The notes beneath the pieces were generated by a model. The model saw only the letters and a program-made list of their open reading frames with translations, was not told the DNA's origin and ran no database searches. DNA of 64,000 nucleotides from positions 124,001-188,000 of the IMG/VR virus record IMGVR_UViG_3300017786_003484; one strand, given 5' to 3'. How positions within the stretch are numbered: position 1 is the first letter of the stretch; each line of letters opens with the position of its first letter. Shown piece by piece: positions 36,638 through 47,181 of the stretch. The translations under genes were made by a program, and so were the position numbers.

Positions 36638-38112
36638 ATATAAGATTAAAATCAGACAAAGGCGGAGAACGGGTTTATAGAACCGACTTAGAAATTAAAG
36701 AACTTCTTGGTACAGTTAGTCCGTCATTCTGTATGGCTAAATGGTACAATGCTACAGTATGGCTTGGTTCAGGTCAAACTACTAGCTGTCATCACCCTTT
36801 ACCTCATCAGGCTGACTTAGAAGAAATTAAAAAGAATCCAAAAGCATTACACAATACCCAGCAAAAGAAAAAAGAACGTGCTATGATGCTGAAAGGCCAA
36901 AGGCCTGCTGGATGCGAATATTGCTGGAAAGTAGAGGACATTGGTAGAAATAATATTAGTGATAGAGTTTACAAAAGTGCAATCTATAATATGCCGTTGT
37001 TAGACGGGGCCGCAAAATTAGATCCTATGGAATCTGATTTTAATCTTCGTACTATGGAAATCAGTTTTGATAGGACTTGCCAGTTCGCATGTAGTTACTG
37101 CAACCCTGCATTCTCTACAACTTGGGTAAAAGACATTAGAAAAAACGGCCCTTATAAAGGTCTTAAAACAGACGGAGCGGGCCATTACGACCACGAAGCA
37201 GGTGATGCCGGAAAGTACGATAACAAAGATGATAACCCGTATGAAGAAGCATTTTTTAAATGGTGGGAAAGTGATTTACACAAGACATTAAAAGAATTAA
37301 GAGTTACAGGCGGAGAGCCATTAATGTCTAGAGGTACATGGAGATTGTTAGATTGGTTTGCAGAAGCATATCAGGACAAAGAAAAATATCCAGATTTTAA
37401 TAGACAGATGAGGCTTGCAATTAATAGCAATCTTTGTCCTAAGGACGACTTAATCGATAAGCTCGTTGAAAAAGCAATACACATTCCTGACTTAGACATT
37501 TATACATCTAACGAATCAACTAAAGAACATGCAGAATATATTCGAGACGGTTTAGATTGGGATCAATGGCTTAAAAACATTGAGAAGTTATGGACAGCAG
37601 GTCGTTTAACAAGATTCCATATGATGTGTACAGTTAATGCCTTATGCTTAGAAAGTCTACCAGAATTCTTAGAAATTTGTGTAGATATGAAAGAAAAATA
37701 TAATAGAGATTTTCCTACCTTTACGTTAAACATTTTAAGATTTCCTTCTTTTCAATCAGCAGTAGTTTTACCAGATGAGATCAGACAGAAGCATAAAGTT
37801 CGTTTAGAAAACTTTCTTAACAAGTATAAAGAGCATCCTTTGCAACATGAAATGGAGTGTAATCAAGTACAACGTTTGATAGACTACCTCGATGTAGTAA
37901 AAACTCCACATGCTGATTCATATGAACAAGCACAATTACAAGTAGACTTTAAACGTTACTATACACAATACGATAAAAGACGTGGCAAAGACTTTTGCTC
38001 TACTTTCCCTGGCTTAGCAGATTGGTATAGAACTATACCAGACCAGTATAGAAAGCCGTTGGATCCTAGTATAGAAGCCAAAAGGAAAAAGTCAATATTT
38101 GGTAGTATTTAA
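36634..38112 (+). CDS. Radical SAM protein with twitch-like domain (paralog)
   Basis: SFCMAKW..SCHHP..CEYCW; CQFACSYC; GGEP. Confidence 0.88.
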   Translation: MNIRLKSDKGGERVYRTDLEIKELLGTVSPSFCMAKWYNATVWLGSGQTTSCHHPLPHQADLEEIKKNPKALHNTQQKKKERAMMLKGQRPAGCEYCWKVEDIGRNNISDRVYKSAIYNMPLLDGAAKLDPMESDFNLRTMEISFDRTCQFACSYCNPAFSTTWVKDIRKNGPYKGLKTDGAGHYDHEAGDAGKYDNKDDNPYEEAFFKWWESDLHKTLKELRVTGGEPLMSRGTWRLLDWFAEAYQDKEKYPDFNRQMRLAINSNLCPKDDLIDKLVEKAIHIPDLDIYTSNESTKEHAEYIRDGLDWDQWLKNIEKLWTAGRLTRFHMMCTVNALCLESLPEFLEICVDMKEKYNRDFPTFTLNILRFPSFQSAVVLPDEIRQKHKVRLENFLNKYKEHPLQHEMECNQVQRLIDYLDVVKTPHADSYEQAQLQVDFKRYYTQYDKRRGKDFCSTFPGLADWYRTIPDQYRKPLDPSIEAKRKKSIFGSI

Positions 38113-39443
38113 TGACTATAGATGAAATTAAAAATGATGATGTTGTACTTGCAATAGAATCTTGGAACGGAAAGTATAACGTCTTCTCTCCTAATGCCTG
38201 GCCAAAGAATTGGATCGTAGATGGCGTTAGAACAATTCCTCCGCTTGAAGGTAGAGATTGGTTTGATCTCAAGCCAGGTGATGCTACATTATCAGACGAA
38301 GAAGTAATGTTAAACAGAAAGCCAGGAAAGCAGATGTTTCTTTCACATTACAAAGATGAGTTTAAACATAGGTTACTCGAAGATGTTCCAGTAAATAGGA
38401 AATACTTATATCCAATTGAAATCAATAGACCGGGTGCATTAGTTAGCAATGAACATCTTAATGATTTTATGCATGTCAGTCCAACAGTAAAGCAAGATGT
38501 AAGGAATGGTCGTGCTAAGATTATATTGCTTATGCCATATGAAGGAGATTATCCTGTAGAAGTATTTGACAAGTTACATACTTGGTGTACCAACTGTGAG
38601 TTTAATAAAGATGATGTATACTTTGTCAATGCAAATATAAAAAGTGAGAAGTTAAGTAAAGATTTAAACTTTTCTGTAAAAGTACTTCCAACTATATTTA
38701 CATCTATGTTTCCTATGTACAGAGCAAACTATGATGAGAATATCTATACTAACGAATGTACATATGAACCTACTTCTAATTTAACAAATTTGTATGTTTG
38801 TTACAATAGACGTCCTAGGTACCATAGGCTCATAATGCTATGTTCTTTGTTGTCTAATAATATATGGCACAGGGGATTAATTAGTCATAGGCCGGACAAC
38901 TTTAAACAGGACCTTAGTCAAATTAATTGGGAGTTTCAGAGCTATGTAAAGATGCTAGAAGCAATAGGACCAAAAGAACTTGATATGGATTTACTTGATA
39001 ATAATCCTGCTATACAATATAATATAGATCATTACAGCCAAACGTTTTTGAGTCTTATTCCTGAAACTGGATTTTCATCTCATAGTGTTTTCTTATCTGA
39101 GAAAATTTGGAAGTCAATTCGAGTTGGACATCCTTTTGTAGTAGTTGGAAATCCAGGAACATTAACAGAGTTACACAACTTAGGATTTAAAACATTTGGT
39201 GATTGGTGGGACGAAAGTTATGACGAAGAAATTAATTTAGAGAAACGTATTAAGAAAATATCGAAGGTGCTAGTAAAACTTTCACAACTAAGTATACTTG
39301 AGTTGAAGAACTTACGACGTGATCTAAGAGATACAGTTGAGTTTAATCAAAATTTAATTAATTCCTTTGGGTTAGAAAATCCTATGGACAAAATAGCAAC
39401 AGTGGTAAAAGAAATAAATGATTCCTTTCTTCCAAGAGATTAA
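38112..39443 (+). CDS. Putative glycosyltransferase-like protein, paralog of 30715
   Basis: CYNRRPR.HR, IPET, FLSEKIWK, HPF, GFKTF..WWDESYD. Confidence 0.55.
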   Translation: MTIDEIKNDDVVLAIESWNGKYNVFSPNAWPKNWIVDGVRTIPPLEGRDWFDLKPGDATLSDEEVMLNRKPGKQMFLSHYKDEFKHRLLEDVPVNRKYLYPIEINRPGALVSNEHLNDFMHVSPTVKQDVRNGRAKIILLMPYEGDYPVEVFDKLHTWCTNCEFNKDDVYFVNANIKSEKLSKDLNFSVKVLPTIFTSMFPMYRANYDENIYTNECTYEPTSNLTNLYVCYNRRPRYHRLIMLCSLLSNNIWHRGLISHRPDNFKQDLSQINWEFQSYVKMLEAIGPKELDMDLLDNNPAIQYNIDHYSQTFLSLIPETGFSSHSVFLSEKIWKSIRVGHPFVVVGNPGTLTELHNLGFKTFGDWWDESYDEEINLEKRIKKISKVLVKLSQLSILELKNLRRDLRDTVEFNQNLINSFGLENPMDKIATVVKEINDSFLPRD

Positions 39444-40767
39444 AGATAAATTAGATGCAGTTAGTCCGTCATTTTGTATTGCCAAATGGAAAACTCTCAC
39501 CTTACATTTAGGCTTAGGAGAAAACCATTCGTGCTATCACCCACCAATGCATAAGATTGATCCTTGGGCAATTAAAAGAGATCCAAGTGCATTACATAAT
39601 ACAGAACATAAAAAGCAAATTCGTAAATTAATGCTAGAAGGTGTTAGGCCAACAGAATGTGATTATTGCTGGCACGTTGAAAACTTACCTGGTAACCAAG
39701 CAAGTGATAGAGTCCGTCATAGTAGTAGCCCTGATATGTTTGGAGAATTAGACAAAATTAAAAGTTCTGCATTTGATGTTAATATTAATCCAAGTTGGTT
39801 AGAGTTAAGTTTTAGTAACCATTGTAATCTAAGATGTAGTTACTGTGGCCCTGGTGCAAGTAGTCGTTGGAGAGATGAGATAAAACGTTTTGGCGGGTAT
39901 CCTGTAAGAAATGATGCACAAGGTAACGGCCCTGATGCATTACACAAGCAGTATAAAGAAGAAGAAAATCCATATGTAGAAGCATTTTGGAAGTGGTGGC
40001 CTGATCTGTATCCAGATTTACGCACCTTGCGTATTACCGGTGGCGAGCCAATGATGACTACAGGATACTTTAAAATATTTGATTATGCAATGGAACATCC
40101 TAATAAGGAATTGTCGTTTAATGTTAATACTAATTTAAGTGTACCAACAAAAACTATTGAAAAGTTTATTAACGTTGCACAAAAATTAGAAGCAAGTGGC
40201 AATGTAAAAAGTATTGGATTGTTTACCAGTATTGACACAGGTAGCAAGCCAGCTGAATATATTAGAGACGGTTTATCAAACGAAAGATATTATAATCATT
40301 TAAAAATGATTATGGATGCAGTACCTAATATTGAAGTTAGTTTTATGATTACATTTGGTCCACTAAGTTTGTTTAACTTTACAGAACTCTTAGATTTTAT
40401 TGTAACATTGAGAGAAAGATATCCTAACAATAAAATTGGAATAGGAATTGCTGTTTTAAACTATCCTAGTCACTTTGATTTAAAAATATTACCTGAACGT
40501 TTTAGGCCTTGGTTTGATAAAATTACAGCTCATTTTGAAAACCCAATGAACAAATGGCCGCAATATGAAAGAGATTACTGGAAAACATTATTAACACATT
40601 GGGAAACAACCAAAGACGATAACGGACACCTTGATGACAGAATTGACTTTTATAGATTTTTTAAAGAACATGACTTTAGACGCAAGACAAGTATACTACT
40701 AAGTGTACCTGAGATTGAAGAATTTTATCTAGAGTGTGAGGAATTAAGTTATGCAAGAAACTACTAG
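39418..40767 (+). CDS. Radical SAM protein with twitch-like domain (paralog)
   Basis: SFCIAKW..SCYHP..CDYCW; CNLRCSYC; GGEP. Confidence 0.88.
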   Translation: MIPFFQEIKDKLDAVSPSFCIAKWKTLTLHLGLGENHSCYHPPMHKIDPWAIKRDPSALHNTEHKKQIRKLMLEGVRPTECDYCWHVENLPGNQASDRVRHSSSPDMFGELDKIKSSAFDVNINPSWLELSFSNHCNLRCSYCGPGASSRWRDEIKRFGGYPVRNDAQGNGPDALHKQYKEEENPYVEAFWKWWPDLYPDLRTLRITGGEPMMTTGYFKIFDYAMEHPNKELSFNVNTNLSVPTKTIEKFINVAQKLEASGNVKSIGLFTSIDTGSKPAEYIRDGLSNERYYNHLKMIMDAVPNIEVSFMITFGPLSLFNFTELLDFIVTLRERYPNNKIGIGIAVLNYPSHFDLKILPERFRPWFDKITAHFENPMNKWPQYERDYWKTLLTHWETTKDDNGHLDDRIDFYRFFKEHDFRRKTSILLSVPEIEEFYLECEELSYARNY

Positions 40768-41932
40768 ATGTGTTAATGCAGAACACGGAATTTCTTTAGA
40801 AAATCACGGAGCGGCAAAACCTTGTTGTATGGTAAACAAAAACTATAACTGGTTATCTGATAATACTAAACACTCTATCACTCAATCGAGTTTACAAGAT
40901 TGTTATACTAACGAAGTGTCCACTCAACTTAGAGAAAATTTAAAAAATGGTATAAGAGATCCTAATTGCTCAAGGTGTTGGGACGAAGAAGATGCTGGTA
41001 GACGTAGTAAACGTATGAGAGATAATGAACGTTATGAAGATGTAGAACTAACAGGACTTGCAATACTTGAATTGAATCTTGGCAATACATGTAATCTTGC
41101 ATGTAAAACTTGTGGTCCTACAGTTAGTACTGGATGGATTAAAGAAGCCTTTGTACATTCTAAAAGAACTGACCAAAAAGAATTCAATAAGCAATTTAAA
41201 AAGTTTCAAAGAGCATATGATGATGACGCAGACTTTTGGAAGCAACTTGAAGATAATTTGCCTAATGTAAGAGAGTTATTATTTTACGGAGGTGAACCTT
41301 TTATGATTAAGAGAATGTGGAAAGTACTCCAGCTCTGTGTAGATAAGGGATATGCTAAAGATATAGAAATACATTTTAATACTAACGGAACACATTGGCC
41401 TAAAGAAACAAGTGTATTTGAACACTTTAAACATGTTCATTTGTCATTCAGCATCGACGGTATAGGCGAACGTTTTAATAGTATGAGGTTTAACGCAGAC
41501 TGGATTCTAGTTTGTGACAACATGAGAAAAGCATCTGCAATAAGAGATAAGGTAAACATTAACTTGTCATGGTGTATTACTGTTAGTAGTCTTAATATCT
41601 ATTATATTGATGAGGTTATAAAAGAGATAGAAGAAAATTGGGAAGATTTAGGATTTCATTATTACCTAAATTTAGTACATCAGCCTGCACATTGGAACGT
41701 ACAAAATATTCCAAATAATATTAAAAATAAAATTAAAGAGCATTTATCAAAGTTTAATAAAGGCATGTCCACAGATTCTTATCAAGCAATTATTAATTTT
41801 ATGATGCAAGGAAATAGTGATCCAAAGCAATGGGAGTTATTTAAACATAACATTGACAAGCAGAATAAGACTCGTAACGAAGATTGGATTGCTATTAATA
41901 AAGATTACGGGAAGTTGATTTTAGATGGATAA
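40751..41932 (+). CDS. Radical SAM protein with twitch-like domain
   Basis: KPCC..CSRCW; CNLACKTC; GGEPF. Confidence 0.88.
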   Translation: MQETTRCVNAEHGISLENHGAAKPCCMVNKNYNWLSDNTKHSITQSSLQDCYTNEVSTQLRENLKNGIRDPNCSRCWDEEDAGRRSKRMRDNERYEDVELTGLAILELNLGNTCNLACKTCGPTVSTGWIKEAFVHSKRTDQKEFNKQFKKFQRAYDDDADFWKQLEDNLPNVRELLFYGGEPFMIKRMWKVLQLCVDKGYAKDIEIHFNTNGTHWPKETSVFEHFKHVHLSFSIDGIGERFNSMRFNADWILVCDNMRKASAIRDKVNINLSWCITVSSLNIYYIDEVIKEIEENWEDLGFHYYLNLVHQPAHWNVQNIPNNIKNKIKEHLSKFNKGMSTDSYQAIINFMMQGNSDPKQWELFKHNIDKQNKTRNEDWIAINKDYGKLILDG

Positions 41933-43250
41933 TTTTTGGAGTTATCAAAATATTAGACAAGTTCATATTGAACTAACAAATGCATGTAATGCAGGTTGTC
42001 CGATGTGTGTCCGTTTTTATCAAAGTAGTCCCTTAACTAGACCTGATATTGAAATAGGACAAATAACATTGGAGGACTTTAAAAAATTCTTTCCTCCTAA
42101 ATTTATAAAACAGTTGACAACGATACTTTTCTGTGGAGTATCAGGTGATGCAGGTACTGCTAGAGATACATTAGAGATAATGGAATATATTGCGTCTTGT
42201 GATAGTAGAGTATCAATAAGAATGAATACTAACGGAGGTATGCGTAAACCAGACTGGTGGACAAAACTAGGTAAAGTGTTTAAAAAACAAGAAAAATATA
42301 ATTGGGGGTTAACATTTAGTGTTGACGGTCTCAGAGATACTAATCATTTATATAGAAGGAATGTTGTTTGGAAAAATTTAATTAACAACATGGAGGCGTT
42401 TACTGATACAGGTGCTGATACTACATGGGATTATTTAATATTTGAACACAACGAACATCAAATTGAAACCGCAAGAGATATAGCCGAATCTATGGGAATA
42501 GCCTTTAGGCCAAAAAGAGCATTAGGAGTTGATGATGGAGAATACCTAAAACCAATTGCTGTAAGAAATAAATTAGGAACTATAGATTATTTTATTAGAG
42601 CTCCTAAAGATCCTGAAAACAGAAATTTAAAAAATCCTGTAGGTGTAAGAGATGATATGTATAATATCCGTCCTGATTTTGACACAGAAGAATATTGGAA
42701 TGTTAGAAATAAAAAGAAACCATTAGTAGGAAATCATGGACTTACTGAAGAGGCAGGATTAGCACATAACCAAGTTACGTTTGAAAAAAATATGAGCGAC
42801 GTTTATAAAACACTAGACTTAGTAGATACTACAAAACAAGATAAAACAGAAATAGATTGTAAAAGTAGTATGGATAATGGCGGCACAGAAATATTTGTTG
42901 ATCAAGCAGGTATTGTTCATCCGTGCTGTTACATAGGTACACATTTAAATAGTAAATTTTTTGCTCCAGTCACAACACAATTACATGATACAATGAATAA
43001 GCACGATGGATGGAAAAAAGTAAACCTTTATAATTATAGCTTAGAGCAAATTTTAAATTCAGGCGCCTTAAATACAATGTGGGCAAAGGCTTGGAATAAA
43101 CCAACAGTTCAACAAGGCAAGACAATGTTTTGTGCTGATACTTGTCCTAAAAATAAATTAAGTGCAGTTGATAAAATTTTCAGGCACAAAGACGACCCTA
43201 GGCCCGACGAAGGATCCTATCAAAGAAAAAAAGCACATATAAAGGAGTAA
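41925..43250 (+). CDS. Radical SAM/SPASM-type protein
   Basis: CNAGCPMC, TNGG, SVDG, C-terminal PCC..C...C. Confidence 0.85.
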   Translation: MDNFWSYQNIRQVHIELTNACNAGCPMCVRFYQSSPLTRPDIEIGQITLEDFKKFFPPKFIKQLTTILFCGVSGDAGTARDTLEIMEYIASCDSRVSIRMNTNGGMRKPDWWTKLGKVFKKQEKYNWGLTFSVDGLRDTNHLYRRNVVWKNLINNMEAFTDTGADTTWDYLIFEHNEHQIETARDIAESMGIAFRPKRALGVDDGEYLKPIAVRNKLGTIDYFIRAPKDPENRNLKNPVGVRDDMYNIRPDFDTEEYWNVRNKKKPLVGNHGLTEEAGLAHNQVTFEKNMSDVYKTLDLVDTTKQDKTEIDCKSSMDNGGTEIFVDQAGIVHPCCYIGTHLNSKFFAPVTTQLHDTMNKHDGWKKVNLYNYSLEQILNSGALNTMWAKAWNKPTVQQGKTMFCADTCPKNKLSAVDKIFRHKDDPRPDEGSYQRKKAHIKE

Positions 43251-43252
43251 AC

Positions 43253-43414
43253 ATGAATACCCGACCAACACTATATACATGTGAATGCGGACGCATTTTT
43301 GGAGCAGAGCTGAGTGGAGATATAGGAGTTGATCCTGATTTTCTTCCAAAGTTTAAATGTGATGATTGCTCAAAAAAACAAAAAGAGGAGAGTGTTGATG
43401 TTCATATGGCATGA
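43253..43414 (+). CDS. 53-aa Zn-ribbon-like microprotein (not in the ORF track)
   Basis: AAGGAG SD; MNTRPTLYTCECG...KCDDCSKK. Confidence 0.6.
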   Translation: MNTRPTLYTCECGRIFGAELSGDIGVDPDFLPKFKCDDCSKKQKEESVDVHMA

Positions 43415-44054
43415 TTTTGTTATAGTAGGAGATAGTTTTTGTATGTCTAGAAAAGCAAAAACAGACTGGCCGCAGTTAGTTTTATCAGGTCTTACTGGTG
43501 AGCCATTTGAGGATAATAAACCAGTTAGAGGTAGAGGTGTTGCAGGAGGGTCCTGGTGGAAAGCAAGAAGAATACTAAACCAAGAAGCATTTAGTAATGG
43601 TAGACCCAGAGTAATTATATTTTGTCATTCAGACTCCGCTAGAATTAACCATGATGGAAATGAACCATATAATGCCGCTACTATGGATTCTTATCCAGAA
43701 GTCAAGAGTTATTATGATCATATGTTTTCTCCTGATTTTCATAAATGGGCAAAGATTGCTTATTTTAGAGAATTAAATGCAAGATGGGACACTTCCTTAT
43801 GTTTACACTTTCATTGTTTTGACGAATTTCTAGATGACGAAGTACAACTTAACGGATTAGTTTATAAAAAGTCACTAACTAGTTTAGTTGGAGAAGATAG
43901 GTTAAAGGTAAAAGAATCTGGAATATCAAACCATATGACAAAGGACCAACAGAAAACATTTGCTGACAACATTATTAAAATGATAACTGAAAATAAAGTT
44001 GACAATACTATAGATATTATTAATGGAAATAGTAACGATGATCCGATGGACTAG
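43398..44054 (+). CDS. SGNH/GDSL-like protein
   Basis: VGDSF, RGVAGGS, SNH; GAGGAG SD. Confidence 0.65.
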   Translation: MFIWHDFVIVGDSFCMSRKAKTDWPQLVLSGLTGEPFEDNKPVRGRGVAGGSWWKARRILNQEAFSNGRPRVIIFCHSDSARINHDGNEPYNAATMDSYPEVKSYYDHMFSPDFHKWAKIAYFRELNARWDTSLCLHFHCFDEFLDDEVQLNGLVYKKSLTSLVGEDRLKVKESGISNHMTKDQQKTFADNIIKMITENKVDNTIDIINGNSNDDPMD

Positions 44055-44166
44055 AAATAGATTATTTGTTCAGTATTTTATCAACTTATGGACTAAGTTT
44101 AAAAGAAAACGCCGAATGGCACAAAATATCAAAGAAGCAAAAAAACGAGACCCGTTTATATACTAA
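44038..44166 (+). CDS. Small basic protein ending in KRDPFIY, coupled to the carbamoyltransferase (not in the ORF track)
   Basis: MIRWTRNRLF...KEAKKRDPFIY; TAATG overlap; alternative start at 44023. Confidence 0.65.
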   Translation: MIRWTRNRLFVQYFINLWTKFKRKRRMAQNIKEAKKRDPFIY

Positions 44167-45647
44167 TGAAAATACTTGGCATCACAACTCAAAACCATGA
44201 CGCTAGTTTAGCACTAGTAAGTGGAAATAGAATACTCTGGGCAGGCCACTCGGAAAGATATTCTCGCAACAAAAATGATTCTATTTTAAATCAAGACATA
44301 GTTGATGAGATGCTTTCATATGGAAAGCCTCAAAAAATTGTATTCTTTGAAGATGTAATTGAAAAGAGTTGGAGAAAATGGAGAGCAAGCGAAACACCTT
44401 ATAACCATCACAATTTAGTTAAAGAAGAACTTAGAAAGTATGGCTTGCTAGATACAGGTTGGAATTATGTAAAACATCATAGAGCTCATGCCGCCGGAGG
44501 ATTTTATACATCTGGCTTTAGGAATGCTCTAGTAATTAGCATTGATGCAATAGGAGAAAGAGATACGACTACATTCTGGAAAGCAAAGGACGGTGTATTA
44601 GATAAGAAGCCTTTCCTGCGTCAAAGTTATCCTGATAGTATTGGATTATTTTATAGTGCATTAACAGATTTTGTTGGGCTAAAAGCAAACGAAGAAGAAT
44701 ATATTTTTATGGGGATGGCGGCATATGGAAAAGTTATTCCTGAACTTAAGAAACTTATGCTACAGGACTTCTTTAAACAACTCAATCCTCCTTACTTTAA
44801 ACTAAGACATAACTTACATAGAGGTTGTCGTTGGTGGGAAGTTCCTAAAGAAATTAGTTATGGACATTATGATATAGCGGCCTGTGCCCAATCTATTGTA
44901 GAGGATTATCTTATTGATTCTGTAAATTATTTAAAAAAATATTGGACAGTATCATCCAATTTAGTGTTCATGGGAGGCGTTGCATTAAATTGTGTTGCGA
45001 ATACAAAACTATCTAAATTATTTAAAAATACATACATCATGCCTAACCCAGGGGATTCAGGAAGTGCTATTGGAGCAGTAGCGGCTTACCTAGATAAACC
45101 ATTATCGTGGAAAGGTCCTTACCTAGGAACTAATATTGAAGGAGAACTTAATATTAAAAAAGCAATAGCCTCATTGATGCAAGGAAATGTTATAGGAATT
45201 GCCAAAGGTCGTGCTGAATTTGGTCCTAGAGCATTAGGCAATAGAAGTTTACTATGCGATCCACGAGGTGCCAATGCTAAGAACAAAATGAATGAAATAA
45301 AGAAAAGGCAAAAATTTAGACCCTTTGCACCTGCAGTATTAGCGGAACATGCAAACACATATTTTGATATGCCAATGAAAGAAACGCCTTACATGCAGTA
45401 TGTAACTCAGTGCAAACAGCCTAACGAGTTTCCTGCTATATGTCATGTGGACAATAGTAGCAGAGTTCAAACTGTAAATAATACAACAGATAATAAAATG
45501 TTTAGAGCCTTACTAGAAGAATGGTATAAAGTATCAGGTTGCCCAATGTTAATGAATACTAGTTTAAACATCAAAGGAGAGCCTTTAGTAAACTCATGGG
45601 AAGATGCTAAACGTTTTGAAGAATTACATAATATTGAGATTTTTTAA
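44166..45647 (+). CDS. Carbamoyltransferase (NodU/CmcH/TobZ family)
   Basis: HDAS, ERYSR.K, HH.AH, GGVALNC.AN, EFGPRALGNRS, FRPFAP, NTSLN..GEP. Confidence 0.95.
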   Translation: MKILGITTQNHDASLALVSGNRILWAGHSERYSRNKNDSILNQDIVDEMLSYGKPQKIVFFEDVIEKSWRKWRASETPYNHHNLVKEELRKYGLLDTGWNYVKHHRAHAAGGFYTSGFRNALVISIDAIGERDTTTFWKAKDGVLDKKPFLRQSYPDSIGLFYSALTDFVGLKANEEEYIFMGMAAYGKVIPELKKLMLQDFFKQLNPPYFKLRHNLHRGCRWWEVPKEISYGHYDIAACAQSIVEDYLIDSVNYLKKYWTVSSNLVFMGGVALNCVANTKLSKLFKNTYIMPNPGDSGSAIGAVAAYLDKPLSWKGPYLGTNIEGELNIKKAIASLMQGNVIGIAKGRAEFGPRALGNRSLLCDPRGANAKNKMNEIKKRQKFRPFAPAVLAEHANTYFDMPMKETPYMQYVTQCKQPNEFPAICHVDNSSRVQTVNNTTDNKMFRALLEEWYKVSGCPMLMNTSLNIKGEPLVNSWEDAKRFEELHNIEIF

Positions 45648-46483
45648 TGATAATAAGAAAAAGAAGCAAAGTTAACACACCTGATAAGACTATTCTAATA
45701 TTAGGAGATAGTTTTGCTTTTGGTCACGGATGCTCTGATAGGTCTTATTGGGTTGATGAAGATGGAAACGAACATGGCAAAAAGTTTGATTTTAGATACC
45801 CAAGTGAATATTGCTATGCTTCTCTAATTGCAAAAGACAATCCAACTTGGAGAGTAATTAATAAAGGCAAACCTGGTTTAGATAGTTTATCTATGTTTCA
45901 GGACGTATTAAAATGTAGGAAAGAAATAGGACATATTGACTATATTTTGGTTTCTTTGAGTTTTGACGATCGTATATTAGTTAGGAATCCTCATTTAGAG
46001 GAAGATAAAAGCAAGTTTCTTTCTTGGCCAAGATTTGGCTTTTCACCTAAAAACGAAAAAGATCATATTTTTGGTTATCCAGAACCTATGGTGTTTAGAC
46101 TAGCGAGTAGTGATAACGAAATTCCAACAATAGAACAAGAACATCACGAAGCACTAAAGGCATATAGAAATGAACTGTTTAATCCAAGAGTTACAAACCT
46201 TGCTTCTTTAAGTTTAGTTCATGCTTTTTATTCAATTTGTATTACTAATGATACACAATATAATTGGTCAGCTCCACCTAATTCATCACTTTCAAAGACC
46301 GATATGTATGATCATATATCAGACACAATCAGAAACAGCCAGGTCCCTGGAATTCTTACACATTTAAATTATAACAATACACCACCTTTCTCAAAATACA
46401 GGGCGCCAGATGGTCATGCAAATGACTTAGGACATAGTAAGTACTACGAAGATGTTCTAAAGCCAATTATGGACCGTTTATAA
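45647..46483 (+). CDS. SGNH/GDSL-like protein
   Basis: LGDSFAFGHG, N.G.PG, DGHAN..GH. Confidence 0.75.
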   Translation: MIIRKRSKVNTPDKTILILGDSFAFGHGCSDRSYWVDEDGNEHGKKFDFRYPSEYCYASLIAKDNPTWRVINKGKPGLDSLSMFQDVLKCRKEIGHIDYILVSLSFDDRILVRNPHLEEDKSKFLSWPRFGFSPKNEKDHIFGYPEPMVFRLASSDNEIPTIEQEHHEALKAYRNELFNPRVTNLASLSLVHAFYSICITNDTQYNWSAPPNSSLSKTDMYDHISDTIRNSQVPGILTHLNYNNTPPFSKYRAPDGHANDLGHSKYYEDVLKPIMDRL

Positions 46484-46521
46484 TAAATAATGTTACGTTT
46501 TAACGAAAGGTAACATTAGTA

Positions 46522-46971
46522 ATGTATGAGTATAAAGCAAAATTAGTCAAAGTCGTAGACGGAGACACAGTAGATGTAGATATTGATTTAGGATTTGGAA
46601 TGTGGATGCTAGACGAAAGAGTTCGTATAATGGGCATTGATACTCCAGAATCTAGAACAAGAGATTTAGTAGAAAAGCAATTTGGATTGGCCGCTAAAGC
46701 AAGGCTTAAAGAGTTATTAGGTAAGACTTGTATTTTAAAAACTCAAGTAGGTAAAGGCGGAGAAGATATGAAAGGTAAGTTTGGAAGAATACTAGGAGAC
46801 TTTTTAGTAGAGGGACATGACATACCAGCTGGTGAAGTTCTGATTCAAGAAGGACATGCAGTACCATATGAAGGACAAGCTAAAGAAGACGTAGATGCTC
46901 TTCACTTAATTAACAGAGAACGATTAATAAAAGAGGGCAAAGTAGTCTTGAAAGAAAAGAAAAAGAAATGA
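46522..46971 (+). CDS. Thermonuclease (SNase-like)
   Basis: VVDGDT, RVRIMGIDTPE, GKFGRILG. Confidence 0.9.
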   Translation: MYEYKAKLVKVVDGDTVDVDIDLGFGMWMLDERVRIMGIDTPESRTRDLVEKQFGLAAKARLKELLGKTCILKTQVGKGGEDMKGKFGRILGDFLVEGHDIPAGEVLIQEGHAVPYEGQAKEDVDALHLINRERLIKEGKVVLKEKKKK

Positions 46972-47180
46972 TAAACAGAAAACATCCGTCCGATGTTGGA
47001 TTGACATATTGGTCACATCTAAAGTTTGCTTGGGGCGAATGTTTCCGTTTAATTTGTATAAGTCTTGTAATGTTTATACATGGTTTTATACCTTGGGTGT
47101 GGGACTGGAAATATTCAGACTATATAGATAGAGCAAAGAAAAGAATTGAGCCACAGGACGATTTTAGAAACAGGAAGTAA
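46968..47180 (+). CDS. DUF6356-like small protein
   Basis: HP..VG.TYW.HL.FA...IHGFIPW. Confidence 0.65.
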   Translation: MINRKHPSDVGLTYWSHLKFAWGECFRLICISLVMFIHGFIPWVWDWKYSDYIDRAKKRIEPQDDFRNRK

Positions 47181-47181
47181 A

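Noticed and set aside
43999-44030. TTGACA at the end of the SGNH gene as a promoter
   Set aside because: No acceptable -10 at 16-18 nt and it lacks the GG prefix
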